Shown here piece by piece: positions 52,889 through 63,875 of a stretch of DNA of 64,000 nt. Location: the NCBI RefSeq assembly GCF_058153355.1, contig NZ_CM177019.1. One strand, written 5' to 3'. The position numbers and the translations under genes are program-made. Below the pieces are notes generated by a model. That model was given only the letters and a program-made list of their open reading frames with translations. It was not told the origin of the DNA and ran no database searches. How positions within the stretch are numbered: position 1 is the first letter of the stretch; the number at the start of each line of letters is the position of its first letter.

Positions 52889-52904
52889 GAGAATGATCAT
52901 TCTC
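52889..52904. promoter_or_regulatory. 16-bp perfect palindrome gagaatgatcattctc upstream of the TetR gene (candidate autoregulatory operator)
   Basis: Perfect dyad seen directly, 27 bp upstream of the preferred TetR start. Confidence 0.5.
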
Positions 52905-53339
52905 ATTTTTGCTAATTATACGTTTCTCCAAAGTAATGGAAAGTATTTTTATCTTATTCATGGTGCATATTCTGATAATGAAGAGATTGTGGAGATTCTG
53001 TGAAGATAGTTGACAATATTAAGTTGGGGTCAATTCATCAGAAAGGCAGCGACTTGTTGTCGCCAGTTCTGTTTTCATCATCAAACTTATCGGAGCTAAT
53101 ACGAATAGTTTCATAGTCAGATTCTATAAGATATTTCCCCAACCTACCCCTTGCAGGCGTCAAGAGTAGATAACGCAAAATGCTCTGTACCGCAGCTTCT
53201 CTCCGGTACAGAAAGCGCAACTATAGCCACCCACAGCCAGGTTGATTATAATAACCGTTTATCTGTTCGTACTGTTTACTAAAACGACGAATCGCCTGAT
53301 TTTCAGGCACAACAAGCATCAACAATAAGGATTAAAGCT

Positions 53340-54128
53340 ATGGGTTTTCTTTCCGGTAAGCGCATTCTGGTAACCGGTGTTGCCAGCAAACTGTCCATCG
53401 CCTACGGTATCGCTCAGGCGATGCACCGCGAAGGAGCTGAACTGGCATTCACCTACCAGAACGACAAACTGAAAGGCCGCGTAGAAGAATTTGCCGCTCA
53501 ATTGGGTTCTGACATCGTTCTGCAGTGCGATGTTGCAGAAGATGCCAGCATCGACACCATGTTCGCTGAACTGGGTAAAGTTTGGCCGAAATTTGACGGC
53601 TTTGTACATTCCATTGGTTTTGCACCGGGCGATCAGCTGGATGGTGACTATGTTAACGCCGTTACTCGTGAAGGCTTCAAAATTGCCCACGACATCAGCT
53701 CCTACAGCTTCGTTGCAATGGCAAAAGCTTGCCGCTCCATGCTGAATCCGGGCTCTGCCCTGCTGACCCTTTCCTACCTTGGCGCTGAGCGCGCTATCCC
53801 GAACTACAACGTTATGGGTCTGGCAAAAGCGTCTCTGGAAGCGAACGTGCGCTATATGGCGAACGCGATGGGTCCGGAAGGTGTGCGTGTTAACGCCATC
53901 TCTGCTGGTCCGATCCGTACTCTGGCGGCTTCCGGTATCAAAGACTTCCGCAAAATGCTGGCTCATTGCGAAGCCGTTACCCCGATTCGCCGTACCGTTA
54001 CTATTGAAGATGTGGGTAACTCTGCGGCATTCCTGTGCTCCGATCTCTCTGCCGGTATCTCCGGTGAAGTGGTCCACGTTGACGGCGGTTTCAGCATCGC
54101 TGCAATGAACGAACTCGAACTGAAATAA
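53340..54128 (+). CDS. fabI: Enoyl-ACP reductase (NADH), FabI
   Basis: 262-aa [43 protein letters not shown]...; recognised as E. coli FabI. Confidence 0.95.
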
Positions 54129-54180
54129 TTTGACGGCGGTTTCAGCATCGCTGCAATGAACGAACTCGAACTGAAATAAT
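54079..54180 (+). repeat. Perfect 51-bp tandem duplication covering the last 16 codons and stop of fabI plus 2 bp
   Basis: Unit ttgacggcggtttcagcatcgctgcaatgaacgaactcgaactgaaataat occurs at 54079-54129 and again at 54130-54180 with no mismatch. Confidence 0.9.
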
Positions 54181-54322
54181 CGTTCTGTTGGTCAAGATGG
54201 GCGGCGTTCTGCCGCCCATCATCTCTGTTATACCTTTCTGATATTTGTTATCGCCGATCCGTCTTTCTCCCCTTCCCGCCTTGCGTCAGGATAACGATTT
54301 CCTTTACGACCAAGGAGCGCCC

Positions 54323-55450
54323 ATGGAACAACGCCACATCACCGGCAAAAGCCACTGGTATCATGAAACACAATCCAGTACTGCGGAGAATGACGTTCTG
54401 CCTCTGGTCCCGGAAGCCGCAAAGGTTCGCGATCCCTTTCTGCTCGACGTGATCCTTGATGAAGAAACGCTGGCCCCCTTCCTTTCATGGATGGTCCCGG
54501 CGCGCATTCTTGCAGCGGAGTTGTTCCCTGACCAGCTTACTGTGACCCGTTCACAGACCTTCACCGCTTATGAACGCTTGTCGACGGCCCTGACGGTTGC
54601 TCAGGTTTGCGGCGTCCAGCGGTTATGTAACTACTATTCGGCGCGACTTACGCCGCTCCCCGGGCCTGATTCCTCCAGGGAAAGTAATCATCGGTTGGCA
54701 CAAATCACGCAATATGCCCGCCAACTGGCCAGCTCGCCTTCTATTATCGACAACCGATCGCGCCAACATCTGAATGACGTCGGTCTTACTGCCTGGGACT
54801 GTGTGATAATCAACCAAATAATTGGTTTTATTGGCTTTCAGGCGCGGACAATTGCCACATTTCAGGCTTATCTCGGGCATTCGGTACGCTGGTTACCCGG
54901 TCTGGAGATACAAAACTACGCCGACGCGTCACTGTTTGCTGATGAATCAATACGCTGGCGAAGCAGCTATGAGGTGGAAAAACTACCTGAAGAGCACACA
55001 AAAAGTTCTAATGCAGAACTTTGCCAACTGACCGAAACACTCTCTCTCCACCCTATTTCACTTTCCCTTCTCGAAAAGTTGTTAAACAGCACACGGGTCA
55101 ATACACAGCCGGATAATAAGCTTGCGGCGTTGTTATGCGCGCGTATTAATGGCAGTCCTGCTTGTTTTGCCGCCTGTATGAATTCATCAAATGAATATAA
55201 AAAAATCAGCCCCCTTCTGCGCAAGGGCGAAAATGAAATTAACCAATGGGCTGACCGTGATTCTGTTGAGCGCGCTACCGTTCAGGCGATACAATGGCTG
55301 ACCCGAGCACCCGATCGCTTTAGCGCCGCCCAGTTCAGCCCATTACTCGAACACGAAAAATCATCAACGCAGATTATTAATCTGCTGGTATGGAGCGGGC
55401 TGTGTGGCTGGATAAATCGCTTAAAAATCGCGTTGGGTGAGACATATTAA
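54323..55450 (+). CDS. yciW: YciW (AhpD/carboxymuconolactone-decarboxylase-like putative oxidoreductase)
   Basis: ORF 54245..55450; start at [17 protein letters not shown] gives 375 aa; position between fabI and rnb. Confidence 0.85.
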   Translation: MEQRHITGKSHWYHETQSSTAENDVLPLVPEAAKVRDPFLLDVILDEETLAPFLSWMVPARILAAELFPDQLTVTRSQTFTAYERLSTALTVAQVCGVQRLCNYYSARLTPLPGPDSSRESNHRLAQITQYARQLASSPSIIDNRSRQHLNDVGLTAWDCVIINQIIGFIGFQARTIATFQAYLGHSVRWLPGLEIQNYADASLFADESIRWRSSYEVEKLPEEHTKSSNAELCQLTETLSLHPISLSLLEKLLNSTRVNTQPDNKLAALLCARINGSPACFAACMNSSNEYKKISPLLRKGENEINQWADRDSVERATVQAIQWLTRAPDRFSAAQFSPLLEHEKSSTQIINLLVWSGLCGWINRLKIALGETY

Positions 55451-55517
55451 CCTTGCTGCGTCAGACAGATTCGCGTAAAACTGTCAGCCGCTCTAATGGC
55501 CACCAAAATAGACAATT

Positions 55518-57452
55518 ATGTTTCAGGACAACCCGCTGCTAGCGCAGCTTAAACAGCAACTGCATTCCCAGACGCCACGCGCTGAAGGGGTGGTAAAAGC
55601 CACAGAAAAAGGCTTTGGCTTCCTGGAAGTCGACGCGCAAAAAAGTTATTTCATTCCGCCGCCGCAGATGAAAAAAGTCATGCATGGCGACCGAATTATC
55701 GCAGTGATCCACAGTGAAAAAGATCGTGAATCCGCAGAGCCAGAAGAACTGGTTGAACCGTTTCTGACTCGTTTCGTGGGTAAAGTTCAGGGCAAAAATG
55801 ACCGTCTGGCCATCGTTCCTGATCATCCACTCTTAAAAGACGCCATTCCTTGCCGCGCAGCCCGTGGCCTGAACCACGAGTTTAAAGAAGGCGACTGGGC
55901 GGTTGCCGAAATGCGCCGTCATCCGCTGAAAGGCGATCGTTCTTTCTATGCTGAACTAACACAATACATCACTTTTGGTGACGACCACTTTGTACCGTGG
56001 TGGGTTACCCTGGCGCGCCATAACCTGGAAAAAGAAGCACCAGACGGCGTCGCTACCGAAATGCTCGATGAAGGTCTGGTTCGTGAAGATCTGACAGCGC
56101 TGGATTTTGTCACCATCGACAGTGCCAGCACAGAAGATATGGATGACGCCCTTTTCGCTAAGGCGTTGCCGGATGACAAACTTCAGCTGATTGTGGCGAT
56201 TGCCGATCCAACCGCGTGGATTGCTGAAGGCAGCAAGCTGGACAAAGCCGCGAAAATTCGCGCATTCACCAACTATCTGCCTGGCTTCAACATCCCTATG
56301 CTGCCTCGCGAGCTTTCTGACGATCTCTGCTCACTGCGCGCCAATGAAGTCCGCCCGGTACTGGCATGCCGCATGACGCTCTCCGCTGATGGCACCATTG
56401 AAGATAATATCGAATTCTTTGCCGCCACCATCGAATCCAAAGCGAAGCTGGTGTATGACCAGGTCTCTGACTGGCTGGAAAATACCGGTGACTGGCAGCC
56501 TGAAAGTGAAGCAATTGCCGAACAAGTCCGTTTGTTAGCGCAAATTTGCCAACGCCGTGGCGAGTGGCGTAATAACCACGCACTGGTATTTAAAGATCGC
56601 CCGGATTACCGCTTTATTCTCGGTGAAAAAGGTGAAGTGCTGGATATCGTCGCCGAGCCTCGTCGCATTGCCAATCGTATCGTCGAAGAAGCGATGATTG
56701 CCGCGAACATTTGTGCGGCCCGCGTACTGCGCGATAAGCTCGGTTTTGGCATCTATAACGTGCATATGGGCTTTGATCCGGCGAATGCCGACGCGCTGGC
56801 GGCGTTGCTGAAAACCCACGGTCTGCATGTCGATGCCGAAGAAGTGCTCACGCTTGACGGTTTCTGCAAACTGCGTCGTGAACTGGATGCGCAACCAACT
56901 GGTTTCCTCGACAGCCGCATTCGTCGCTTCCAGTCATTTGCTGAAATTAGCACTGAACCCGGTCCTCACTTTGGCCTCGGTCTGGAAGCATACGCCACCT
57001 GGACTTCGCCAATCCGTAAATATGGCGACATGATCAACCACCGTCTGCTGAAAGCGGTTATCAAAGGCGAAACTGCGACGCGTCCGCAGGATGAAATCAC
57101 TGTCCAAATGGCCGAGCGTCGCCGTCTCAACCGAATGGCAGAACGTGATGTTGGCGACTGGTTATACGCACGCTTCCTGAAAGACAAAGCCGGGACCGAC
57201 ACCCGTTTCGCGGCGGAAATTGTCGATATCAGCCGTGGCGGCATGCGTGTGCGTTTGGTTGATAACGGCGCTATCGCCTTTATTCCAGCACCTTTCTTAC
57301 ACGCTGTGCGCGATGAACTGGTTTGCAGCCAGGAAAACGGCACTGTACAAATTAAAGGTGAAACGGCTTACAAAGTGACCGACGTTATTGACGTCACCAT
57401 TGCCGAAGTCCGCATGGAAACCCGCAGCATTATTGCACGCCCGGTCGCGTAA
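55518..57452 (+). CDS. rnb: Exoribonuclease II (RNase II)
   Basis: 644-aa [44 protein letters not shown]...; RNB and S1 domains. Confidence 0.95.
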   Translation: MFQDNPLLAQLKQQLHSQTPRAEGVVKATEKGFGFLEVDAQKSYFIPPPQMKKVMHGDRIIAVIHSEKDRESAEPEELVEPFLTRFVGKVQGKNDRLAIVPDHPLLKDAIPCRAARGLNHEFKEGDWAVAEMRRHPLKGDRSFYAELTQYITFGDDHFVPWWVTLARHNLEKEAPDGVATEMLDEGLVREDLTALDFVTIDSASTEDMDDALFAKALPDDKLQLIVAIADPTAWIAEGSKLDKAAKIRAFTNYLPGFNIPMLPRELSDDLCSLRANEVRPVLACRMTLSADGTIEDNIEFFAATIESKAKLVYDQVSDWLENTGDWQPESEAIAEQVRLLAQICQRRGEWRNNHALVFKDRPDYRFILGEKGEVLDIVAEPRRIANRIVEEAMIAANICAARVLRDKLGFGIYNVHMGFDPANADALAALLKTHGLHVDAEEVLTLDGFCKLRRELDAQPTGFLDSRIRRFQSFAEISTEPGPHFGLGLEAYATWTSPIRKYGDMINHRLLKAVIKGETATRPQDEITVQMAERRRLNRMAERDVGDWLYARFLKDKAGTDTRFAAEIVDISRGGMRVRLVDNGAIAFIPAPFLHAVRDELVCSQENGTVQIKGETAYKVTDVIDVTIAEVRMETRSIIARPVA

Positions 57453-57462
57453 TCTCCTTTCA

Positions 57463-57495
57463 CGGCCCATTCCTCATGAATGGGCCGTTTATTTC
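57463..57495 (+). terminator. Rho-independent terminator of rnb
   Basis: cggcccatt-cctcatga-atgggccg hairpin followed by tttatttcc. Confidence 0.7.
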
Positions 57496-57686
57496 CCCGC
57501 TCCACCTTCGCCATATCCCGGCAGATTTTTAACTGACTTTCGTTTGAAAACTGGCGTTTTTCCAAAACTGGATTACAAATAAATAGATAAAAAAAACAAT
57601 GCGTTTAGCCGCCGTTAATTTCATGTAAGTCATGTTGTTCCTTTTATTTAACCGCGGACTCCGCTGTTAACCGGAGGATATGCATC

Positions 57687-59672
57687 ATGAAAACCGTTAG
57701 GGAGTCCACAACGTTGTACAACTTTCTCGGATCGCACAATCCATACTGGCGGTTGACGGAAAGCAGCGATGTTTTGCGCTTTTCTACCACCGAAACCACA
57801 GAACCTGAACGTACGTTGCAGTTATCTGCCGAACAGGCTGCTCGCATCAGGGAAATGACGGTCATCACTTCCAGCCTGATGATGAGTCTGACCGTCGATG
57901 AAAGCGATCTTTCTGTGCATCTGGTAGGACGAAAAATCAATAAACGGGAATGGGCTGGCAACGCGTCGGCATGGCATGACACACCGGCGGTTGCTCGTGA
58001 TTTATCACACGGGCTTTCCTTTGCTGAGCAGGTAGTTTCTGAAGCACATTCCGCAATAGTGATTCTCGACAGTCGGGGGAATATCCAACGCTTCAATCGG
58101 TTATGTGAAGATTACACAGGGTTGAAAGAACACGACGTCATTGGGCAAAGCGTGTTTAAACTGTTTATGAGCCGTCGTGAAGCTGCGGCATCCAGGCGCA
58201 ATAACCGTGTATTTTTTCGAAGCGGCAATGCATATGAAGTCGAACTGTGGATACCAACACGTAAAGGCCAGCGGCTGTTTCTGTTTCGCAATAAATTTGT
58301 CCACAGCGGCAGTGGCAAGAACGAGATTTTTTTAATCTGTTCCGGCACCGACATTACCGAAGAGCGCCGCGCTCAGGAGCGACTGCGTATTCTGGCAAAT
58401 ACCGACAGTATCACCGGACTGCCGAATCGTAACGCAATGCAGGAGTTAATCGATCACGCCATTAATCAGGCAGATAACAATAAAGTTGGGGTTGTGTATC
58501 TTGATTTGGATAATTTTAAAAAGGTCAACGACGCTTATGGGCATTTGTTTGGTGACCAGCTATTACGCGAAGTGTCATTGGCCATTTTAAGCTGTCTCGA
58601 ACATGATCAGGTGTTGGCGCGTCCAGGTGGCGATGAGTTTCTGGTACTGGCATCCAATACCTCACAAAGCGCGCTGGAAGCAATGGCATCACGAATTTTG
58701 ACCCGCTTACGACTCCCCTTCCGCATTGGTTTAATTGAAGTTTATACCAGCTGTTCAGTGGGTATTTCACTCTCTCCCGAACATGGTTCGGACAGCGCGG
58801 CTATTATTCGTCACGCCGACACAGCAATGTACACAGCGAAGGAAGGCGGACGAGGACAATTTTGCGTTTTTACCCCAGAAATGAATCAGCGGGTATTTGA
58901 ATATCTCTGGCTGGATACCAACTTGCGTAAAGCACTGGAAAACGATCAGTTGGTTATTCACTATCAACCGAAAATCACCTGGCGTGGCGAAGTACGCAGT
59001 CTGGAAGCTTTAGTACGTTGGCAGTCACCTGAACGTGGGTTGATTCCACCGTTGGACTTTATTTCCTACGCCGAAGAGTCAGGGCTAATTGTGCCTTTAG
59101 GCCGTTGGGTGATTCTCGATGTCGTACGCCAGGTGGCGAAGTGGCGGGATAAAGGCATTAACCTGCGAGTGGCGGTAAACATTTCTGCACGTCAGCTCGC
59201 CGATCAAACCATTTTCACCGCCCTGAAACAGGTTCTCCAGGAACTCAATTTTGAATACTGCCCTATTGATGTTGAACTGACGGAGAGCTGCCTGATTGAG
59301 AATGATGAACTGGCACTGTCTGTTATTCAACAATTTAGCCAACTAGGTGCGCAAGTGCATCTGGACGATTTTGGTACCGGCTACTCTTCACTTTCGCAAC
59401 TGGCGCGCTTTCCGATCGATGCGATTAAACTTGACCAAGTTTTTGTTCGAGATATTCACAAACAACCTGTATCGCAGTCGCTGGTCCGGGCGATCGTCGC
59501 TGTGGCCCAGGCATTGAATCTTCAGGTGATCGCTGAAGGAGTGGAGAGTAAAAAGGAAGATGCTTTTTTAACCAAGAACGGGATCAATGAGCGGCAAGGA
59601 TTTTTGTTTGCCAAACCGATGCCCGCCGTCGCCTTCGAACGTTGGTATAAACGCTATCTGAAGCGCGCATAA
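57687..59672 (+). CDS. pdeR: c-di-GMP phosphodiesterase PdeR (PAS-GGDEF-EAL; formerly gmr/yciR)
   Basis: 661-aa ORF; degenerate-looking GGDEF region (RPGGDEF) and EAL domain visible. Confidence 0.9.
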   Translation: MKTVRESTTLYNFLGSHNPYWRLTESSDVLRFSTTETTEPERTLQLSAEQAARIREMTVITSSLMMSLTVDESDLSVHLVGRKINKREWAGNASAWHDTPAVARDLSHGLSFAEQVVSEAHSAIVILDSRGNIQRFNRLCEDYTGLKEHDVIGQSVFKLFMSRREAAASRRNNRVFFRSGNAYEVELWIPTRKGQRLFLFRNKFVHSGSGKNEIFLICSGTDITEERRAQERLRILANTDSITGLPNRNAMQELIDHAINQADNNKVGVVYLDLDNFKKVNDAYGHLFGDQLLREVSLAILSCLEHDQVLARPGGDEFLVLASNTSQSALEAMASRILTRLRLPFRIGLIEVYTSCSVGISLSPEHGSDSAAIIRHADTAMYTAKEGGRGQFCVFTPEMNQRVFEYLWLDTNLRKALENDQLVIHYQPKITWRGEVRSLEALVRWQSPERGLIPPLDFISYAEESGLIVPLGRWVILDVVRQVAKWRDKGINLRVAVNISARQLADQTIFTALKQVLQELNFEYCPIDVELTESCLIENDELALSVIQQFSQLGAQVHLDDFGTGYSSLSQLARFPIDAIKLDQVFVRDIHKQPVSQSLVRAIVAVAQALNLQVIAEGVESKKEDAFLTKNGINERQGFLFAKPMPAVAFERWYKRYLKRA

Positions 59673-59819
59673 GTAGATGAATATATATACTTAGCGATAT
59701 ATTCTGTAATTATATATCGTATTCCCGGATGATAATTAACCGTTGCTGTTAAACACTTCTCTTTTAGCGGCAATTTTTGCATTATTCATTTTCTCCCTTT
59801 TGCTATAAGGATGTCCTTG

Positions 59820-59993
59820 ATGTCTGAATTTGATGCCCAGCGCGTTGCCGAACGTATTGATATTGTGTTAGATATCCTTGTGGCAGGCGATTACCACTCT
59901 GCGATCCATAATCTCGAGATACTTAAAGCAGAACTCTTGCGCCAGGTTGCTGAATCTACGCCAGACATCCCGAAGGCACCGTGGGAGATTTAA
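59820..59993 (+). CDS. yciZ: Small protein YciZ (UPF0509)
   Basis: ORF 59811..59993; start at [28 protein letters not shown] gives 57 aa. Confidence 0.8.
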
Positions 59994-60082
59994 CAATCGT
60001 GCCTTCAGGTTTTCCTATTTGAGGATGCCCGGCGCGTCAGTATTTTTTTATTAAGTATTATAACGTTATAAGAATTACAGCG

Positions 60083-60832
60083 ATGAATTCCCGACAACAA
60101 ACTATTCTACAGATGGTCATTGACCAGGGTCAGGTTAGCGTAACCGATCTGGCAAAAGCCACTGGAGTTTCTGAAGTTACCATTCGCCAGGATCTCAACA
60201 CCCTCGAAAAACTGAGTTACCTCCGCCGTGCACATGGCTTTGCAGTTTCGCTTGATAGTGATGACGTCGAAACCCGTATGATGAGCAACTATACACTGAA
60301 GCGTGAACTCGCCGAGTTTGCCGCGTCACTGGTTCAACCGGGCGAAACTATCTTTATCGAAAATGGCAGCAGCAATGCCCTGCTCGCCCGGACTCTGGGC
60401 GAGCAGAAGAAAAATGTCACTATCATCACGGTCAGCAGCTATATTGCACATTTGCTGAAAGACGCGCCTTGTGAAGTCATTTTACTCGGTGGCGTGTACC
60501 AGAAAAAAAGCGAAAGTATGGTTGGCCCTTTGACACGTCATTGCATCCAACAGGTGCATTTCAGCAAGGCATTTATTGGTATTGATGGCTGGCAGCCTGA
60601 AACTGGGTTTACCGGTCGCGATATGATGCGTACCGATGTGGTCAATGCCGTGCTGGAAAAAGAGTGCGAAGCGATAGTCCTGACTGACAGTTCGAAATTT
60701 GGTGCTGTACATTCATACTCCATCGGCCCCGTTGAGCGATTCAATCGCGTGATTACCGATTCGAAAATACGCGCCAGCGATCTGATGCATCTTGAGCACA
60801 GTAAACTCACCGTTCACGTCGTTGACATTTAA
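60083..60832 (+). CDS. yciT: DeoR-family transcriptional regulator
   Basis: 249-aa ORF with N-terminal HTH ([35 protein letters not shown]) and sugar-binding-type C-terminal domain. Confidence 0.85.
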   Translation: MNSRQQTILQMVIDQGQVSVTDLAKATGVSEVTIRQDLNTLEKLSYLRRAHGFAVSLDSDDVETRMMSNYTLKRELAEFAASLVQPGETIFIENGSSNALLARTLGEQKKNVTIITVSSYIAHLLKDAPCEVILLGGVYQKKSESMVGPLTRHCIQQVHFSKAFIGIDGWQPETGFTGRDMMRTDVVNAVLEKECEAIVLTDSSKFGAVHSYSIGPVERFNRVITDSKIRASDLMHLEHSKLTVHVVDI

Positions 60833-60849
60833 CCATTTCCCTTCTCTAC

Positions 60850-60877
60850 GGATGATTTGCTGTTTTGCAAATCATCC
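60850..60877 (+). terminator. Hairpin downstream of yciT (ggatgatttgc-tgtttt-gcaaatcatcc)
   Basis: 11-bp perfect stem 18 bp after the yciT stop; no strong U-run. Confidence 0.45.
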
Positions 60878-61100
60878 GCTCTAAGATGATTCCTGGTTGA
60901 TAATTAAGACTATTTACCTGTTATTAACACTCTCAAGATATAAAATTATTATCAGCGATATAACAGGAAGTCATTATCACCTGCGTGATATAACCCTGCG
61001 CGCGAGCGGATTTCACGGAATAATTTCACCAGGCTTATTCTTAGCTATTATAGTTATAGAGAGCTTACTTCCGTGAATCATAAATTCAGGAGAGAGTATT

Positions 61101-61319
61101 ATGTTTGTAACGAGCAAAAAAATGACCGCGGCTGTTCTGGCAATTACCCTAGCAATGTCTCTGAGTGCCTGTTCTAACTGGTCTAAACGAGACCGTAACA
61201 CCGCAATTGGCGCGGGCGCAGGTGCATTAGGGGGTGCAGTACTGACCGATGGCAGTACGCTGGGTACATTAGGTGGTGCAGCCGTCGGTGGTGTTATTGG
61301 TCACCAGGTCGGTAAATAA
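61101..61319 (+). CDS. osmB: Osmotically inducible lipoprotein B
   Basis: 72-aa ORF with lipobox LSACS and Gly-rich repeats. Confidence 0.9.
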   Translation: MFVTSKKMTAAVLAITLAMSLSACSNWSKRDRNTAIGAGAGALGGAVLTDGSTLGTLGGAAVGGVIGHQVGK

Positions 61320-61414
61320 TCGTAAATAAATGTCGATTATCGACTCGCAATTATAATACGCTTGATTCTGTTCAGTACGAAATAACTGAATAATACACAC
61401 AGTAAAATATTCTG

Positions 61415-61443
61415 AAGCCACGGATATATCCGTGGCTTTTTAT
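61415..61443. terminator. Bidirectional rho-independent terminator between osmB and yciH
   Basis: aagccacggatatatccgtggctttttat: perfect hairpin flanked by A-run and T-run. Confidence 0.75.
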
Positions 61444-61444
61444 G

Positions 61445-61771
61445 TTAACCGCCGGCGAGTTTTACCTTCATCCCTTTCGCTTCAAGCAGTGATTTTAATA
61501 AATCGCGCTTATCCCCCTGGATTTCAATAATTCCATCTTTAACTGCCCCGCCGCAGCCGCATTTTTTCTTCAGTTCCGCTGCCAGTTTTGTCAGTTCGGC
61601 ATCATCGAGATCGACACCGGTAATCAAGCAAACGCCCTTACCTTTACGTCCACTGGTCTGACGCTGAATACGCACCACACCGTCGCCTTTAGGGCGTACA
61701 GGGGCCGCTTTTGGCTCATCAATACGTCCGGTTTCCGTTGAGTAGACCAGACGGCTGTTGGAATCACTCAT
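61445..61771 (-). CDS. yciH: SUI1/eIF1-family translation factor YciH
   Basis: ORF 61445..61774; about 108 aa. Confidence 0.85.
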   Translation of the reverse strand: MSDSNSRLVYSTETGRIDEPKAAPVRPKGDGVVRIQRQTSGRKGKGVCLITGVDLDDAELTKLAAELKKKCGCGGAVKDGIIEIQGDKRDLLKSLLEAKGMKVKLAGG

Positions 61772-62508
61772 CATGCACTCCGCTGTAAAGAGGCGTTGAT
61801 CGCTTTCAGCGTTTGCGCTGGATCTACCGATTGCGTTACCGGGCGACCAATCACCATATAATCAACACCAGCCGCCAACGCCTGTTCTGGCGTCATAATG
61901 CGGCGCTGGTCACCAGCTTCACTCCCCTGCGGACGAATGCCCGGCGTAACCAGTTTGAACTCCTGACCGAATACCTGTTTAAAGCGCACAGCTTCCTGAG
62001 CAGAACACACCACACCATCAAGGCCACATTTTTGCGTCAGTGCCGCCAGACGTTCTGCATAATCTGCAGGTGACAGCGTCACGCCAAGATCGGCCAGGTC
62101 GCTGGCTTCCATGCTGGTCAACACCGTCACAGCAATCAAAAGCGGTGCATCTTTGCCAAACGGGACGAGTGCCTCACGCGCTGCGGTCATCATACGCGCC
62201 CCACCGGAGGCGTGAACATTCACCATCCACACGCCTAAGTCAGCTGCAGCAGCGACAGCGTGCGCTGCAGTGTTGGGAATATCGTGAAATTTCAGGTCGA
62301 GGAAGATATCAAAACCACGCTGTTGAAGTTCGCGTACAAATTGAGGTCCAAACAGCGTAAACATCTCTTTGCCGACTTTCAGACGACAATCGCGTGGGTC
62401 GATCTTGTCGACAAAGGCCAGCGCGGCATCACGATTATGATAATCAAGGGCAACAACCACAGGAGAATTCGTAACAGCGCGGGAAGAAGATGAAGCAGTT
62501 AACGTCAT
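61771..62508 (-). CDS. pyrF: Orotidine-5'-phosphate decarboxylase
   Basis: ORF 61771..62568; start at [27 protein letters not shown] gives 245 aa; stop overlaps the yciH start. Confidence 0.9.
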   Translation of the reverse strand: MTLTASSSSRAVTNSPVVVALDYHNRDAALAFVDKIDPRDCRLKVGKEMFTLFGPQFVRELQQRGFDIFLDLKFHDIPNTAAHAVAAAADLGVWMVNVHASGGARMMTAAREALVPFGKDAPLLIAVTVLTSMEASDLADLGVTLSPADYAERLAALTQKCGLDGVVCSAQEAVRFKQVFGQEFKLVTPGIRPQGSEAGDQRRIMTPEQALAAGVDYMVIGRPVTQSVDPAQTLKAINASLQRSA

Positions 62509-62699
62509 GACCAGACCTTCTTGATGATGGGCACCGGAAGTGGCGCGAAACAGGTAAACGGCGAGCATTCTACCCGTGGAAATAAAAAATTAACAGTTGC
62601 GATTTCCCCCCTGGCAGGCTTTTCTGCGCCCGAGTTACCGAAGCACAATGGAACATCAATAATTAGTATGTTGTAACTAAAGTCGGATTTTTTTAAAAA

Positions 62700-63869
62700 T
62701 TACAGGCCATCAAGACCGCGAATCGGTTTAATGGTTGACCAGGCCCGACAAGATGGACAATGCCAGTAGAGGGTGTATGCGGTAAAACCACATTTCTGGC
62801 AGCGATAACGAGGCTTACTACGCACCTTCTCGCCAACCATGTCACGCAGCACCATCAGACTCTCTTTGGCACGCCCTTCTTCCGCTTCATTTAAGTGGTA
62901 ATCCATTAGCTTATGGAACACACGCATGGTCGGATGACGCTGAAGCTGACGGGTAATATAGACCTGTGCGGCCTCACTACCGTCGCGCGCTTCGATGATG
63001 TCCGCAAGCATTAGTTCAGCATCGGCACCGGTGTTCTCTTCCACCGCGCGCTGCAGGAACTCTGCCCATTCGGCAGTTTTACCCAACTGCTGGTAGCAGG
63101 TTTGCAGCATTTCCAGCGTTTCGCTGACCAGTTCTCTGTCCTGGGATATCACGCGTTGCAAACTTTCGACGGCTTTGGCGTATTCTCCTTTCGCCATAAA
63201 TACGCGTCCCATCATGATGGATATGCGGGCGCTGTTTTTATCTGCCGCCGCACCTTTTTTTAACAAGGCCATGGCACGATCGAGATCGTCGCTGGCCATA
63301 TGCTGTAGGGCTAACTCGCAGTAGAAATGAGCAATTTCGACGCGCTGCTTATCTTTACCCAGCTTCACCAGGCGTTCGGCAACATCAATTGCTTTCTGCC
63401 ACTCGCTGGTAGCCTGGTAGATTTGTAGCAACTGTTGCAGCGCGCCAATGCGGAAGTCAGTTTCATCGGTCAGTTGATTGAACATGTCTTCCGCGCGGTC
63501 GTATAACCCGGCGGCCATGTAATCACGCCCTAGTTGTTGAATCGCCAACAGACGCTGTTCATAGGTCAGCGAGGCGCTTTCCATTAGGGTCTGATGGATG
63601 CGAATAGCGCGATCAACTTCGCCACGCGAACGGAACAGGTTTCCGAGCGTAAGGTGGGCTTCAACGGTACCCGTATCCTCTTTAAGCATATCGAGAAACA
63701 GGTCTACCGCTTTATCCTGTTGATTACTAAGCAGAAAGTTAACCCCCGCTACGTAATCACGCGACAAGCGGTTGGCTTCATCTTGCTTGTTTTGTTGCGC
63801 ACTTCTGCGGCCCATATACCAGCCATAGGCAGCGGCTACAGGCAAAAGCAGAAACAACAACTCCAGCAT
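62700..63869 (-). CDS. lapB: LPS assembly protein LapB (YciM; TPR repeats plus C-terminal rubredoxin-like zinc finger)
   Basis: 389-aa ORF with N-terminal TM helix, TPR-like repeats and C-terminal CQKCGF...CPSC motif. Confidence 0.9.
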   Translation of the reverse strand: MLELLFLLLPVAAAYGWYMGRRSAQQNKQDEANRLSRDYVAGVNFLLSNQQDKAVDLFLDMLKEDTGTVEAHLTLGNLFRSRGEVDRAIRIHQTLMESASLTYEQRLLAIQQLGRDYMAAGLYDRAEDMFNQLTDETDFRIGALQQLLQIYQATSEWQKAIDVAERLVKLGKDKQRVEIAHFYCELALQHMASDDLDRAMALLKKGAAADKNSARISIMMGRVFMAKGEYAKAVESLQRVISQDRELVSETLEMLQTCYQQLGKTAEWAEFLQRAVEENTGADAELMLADIIEARDGSEAAQVYITRQLQRHPTMRVFHKLMDYHLNEAEEGRAKESLMVLRDMVGEKVRSKPRYRCQKCGFTAYTLYWHCPSCRAWSTIKPIRGLDGL

Positions 63870-63875
63870 AGAAAG

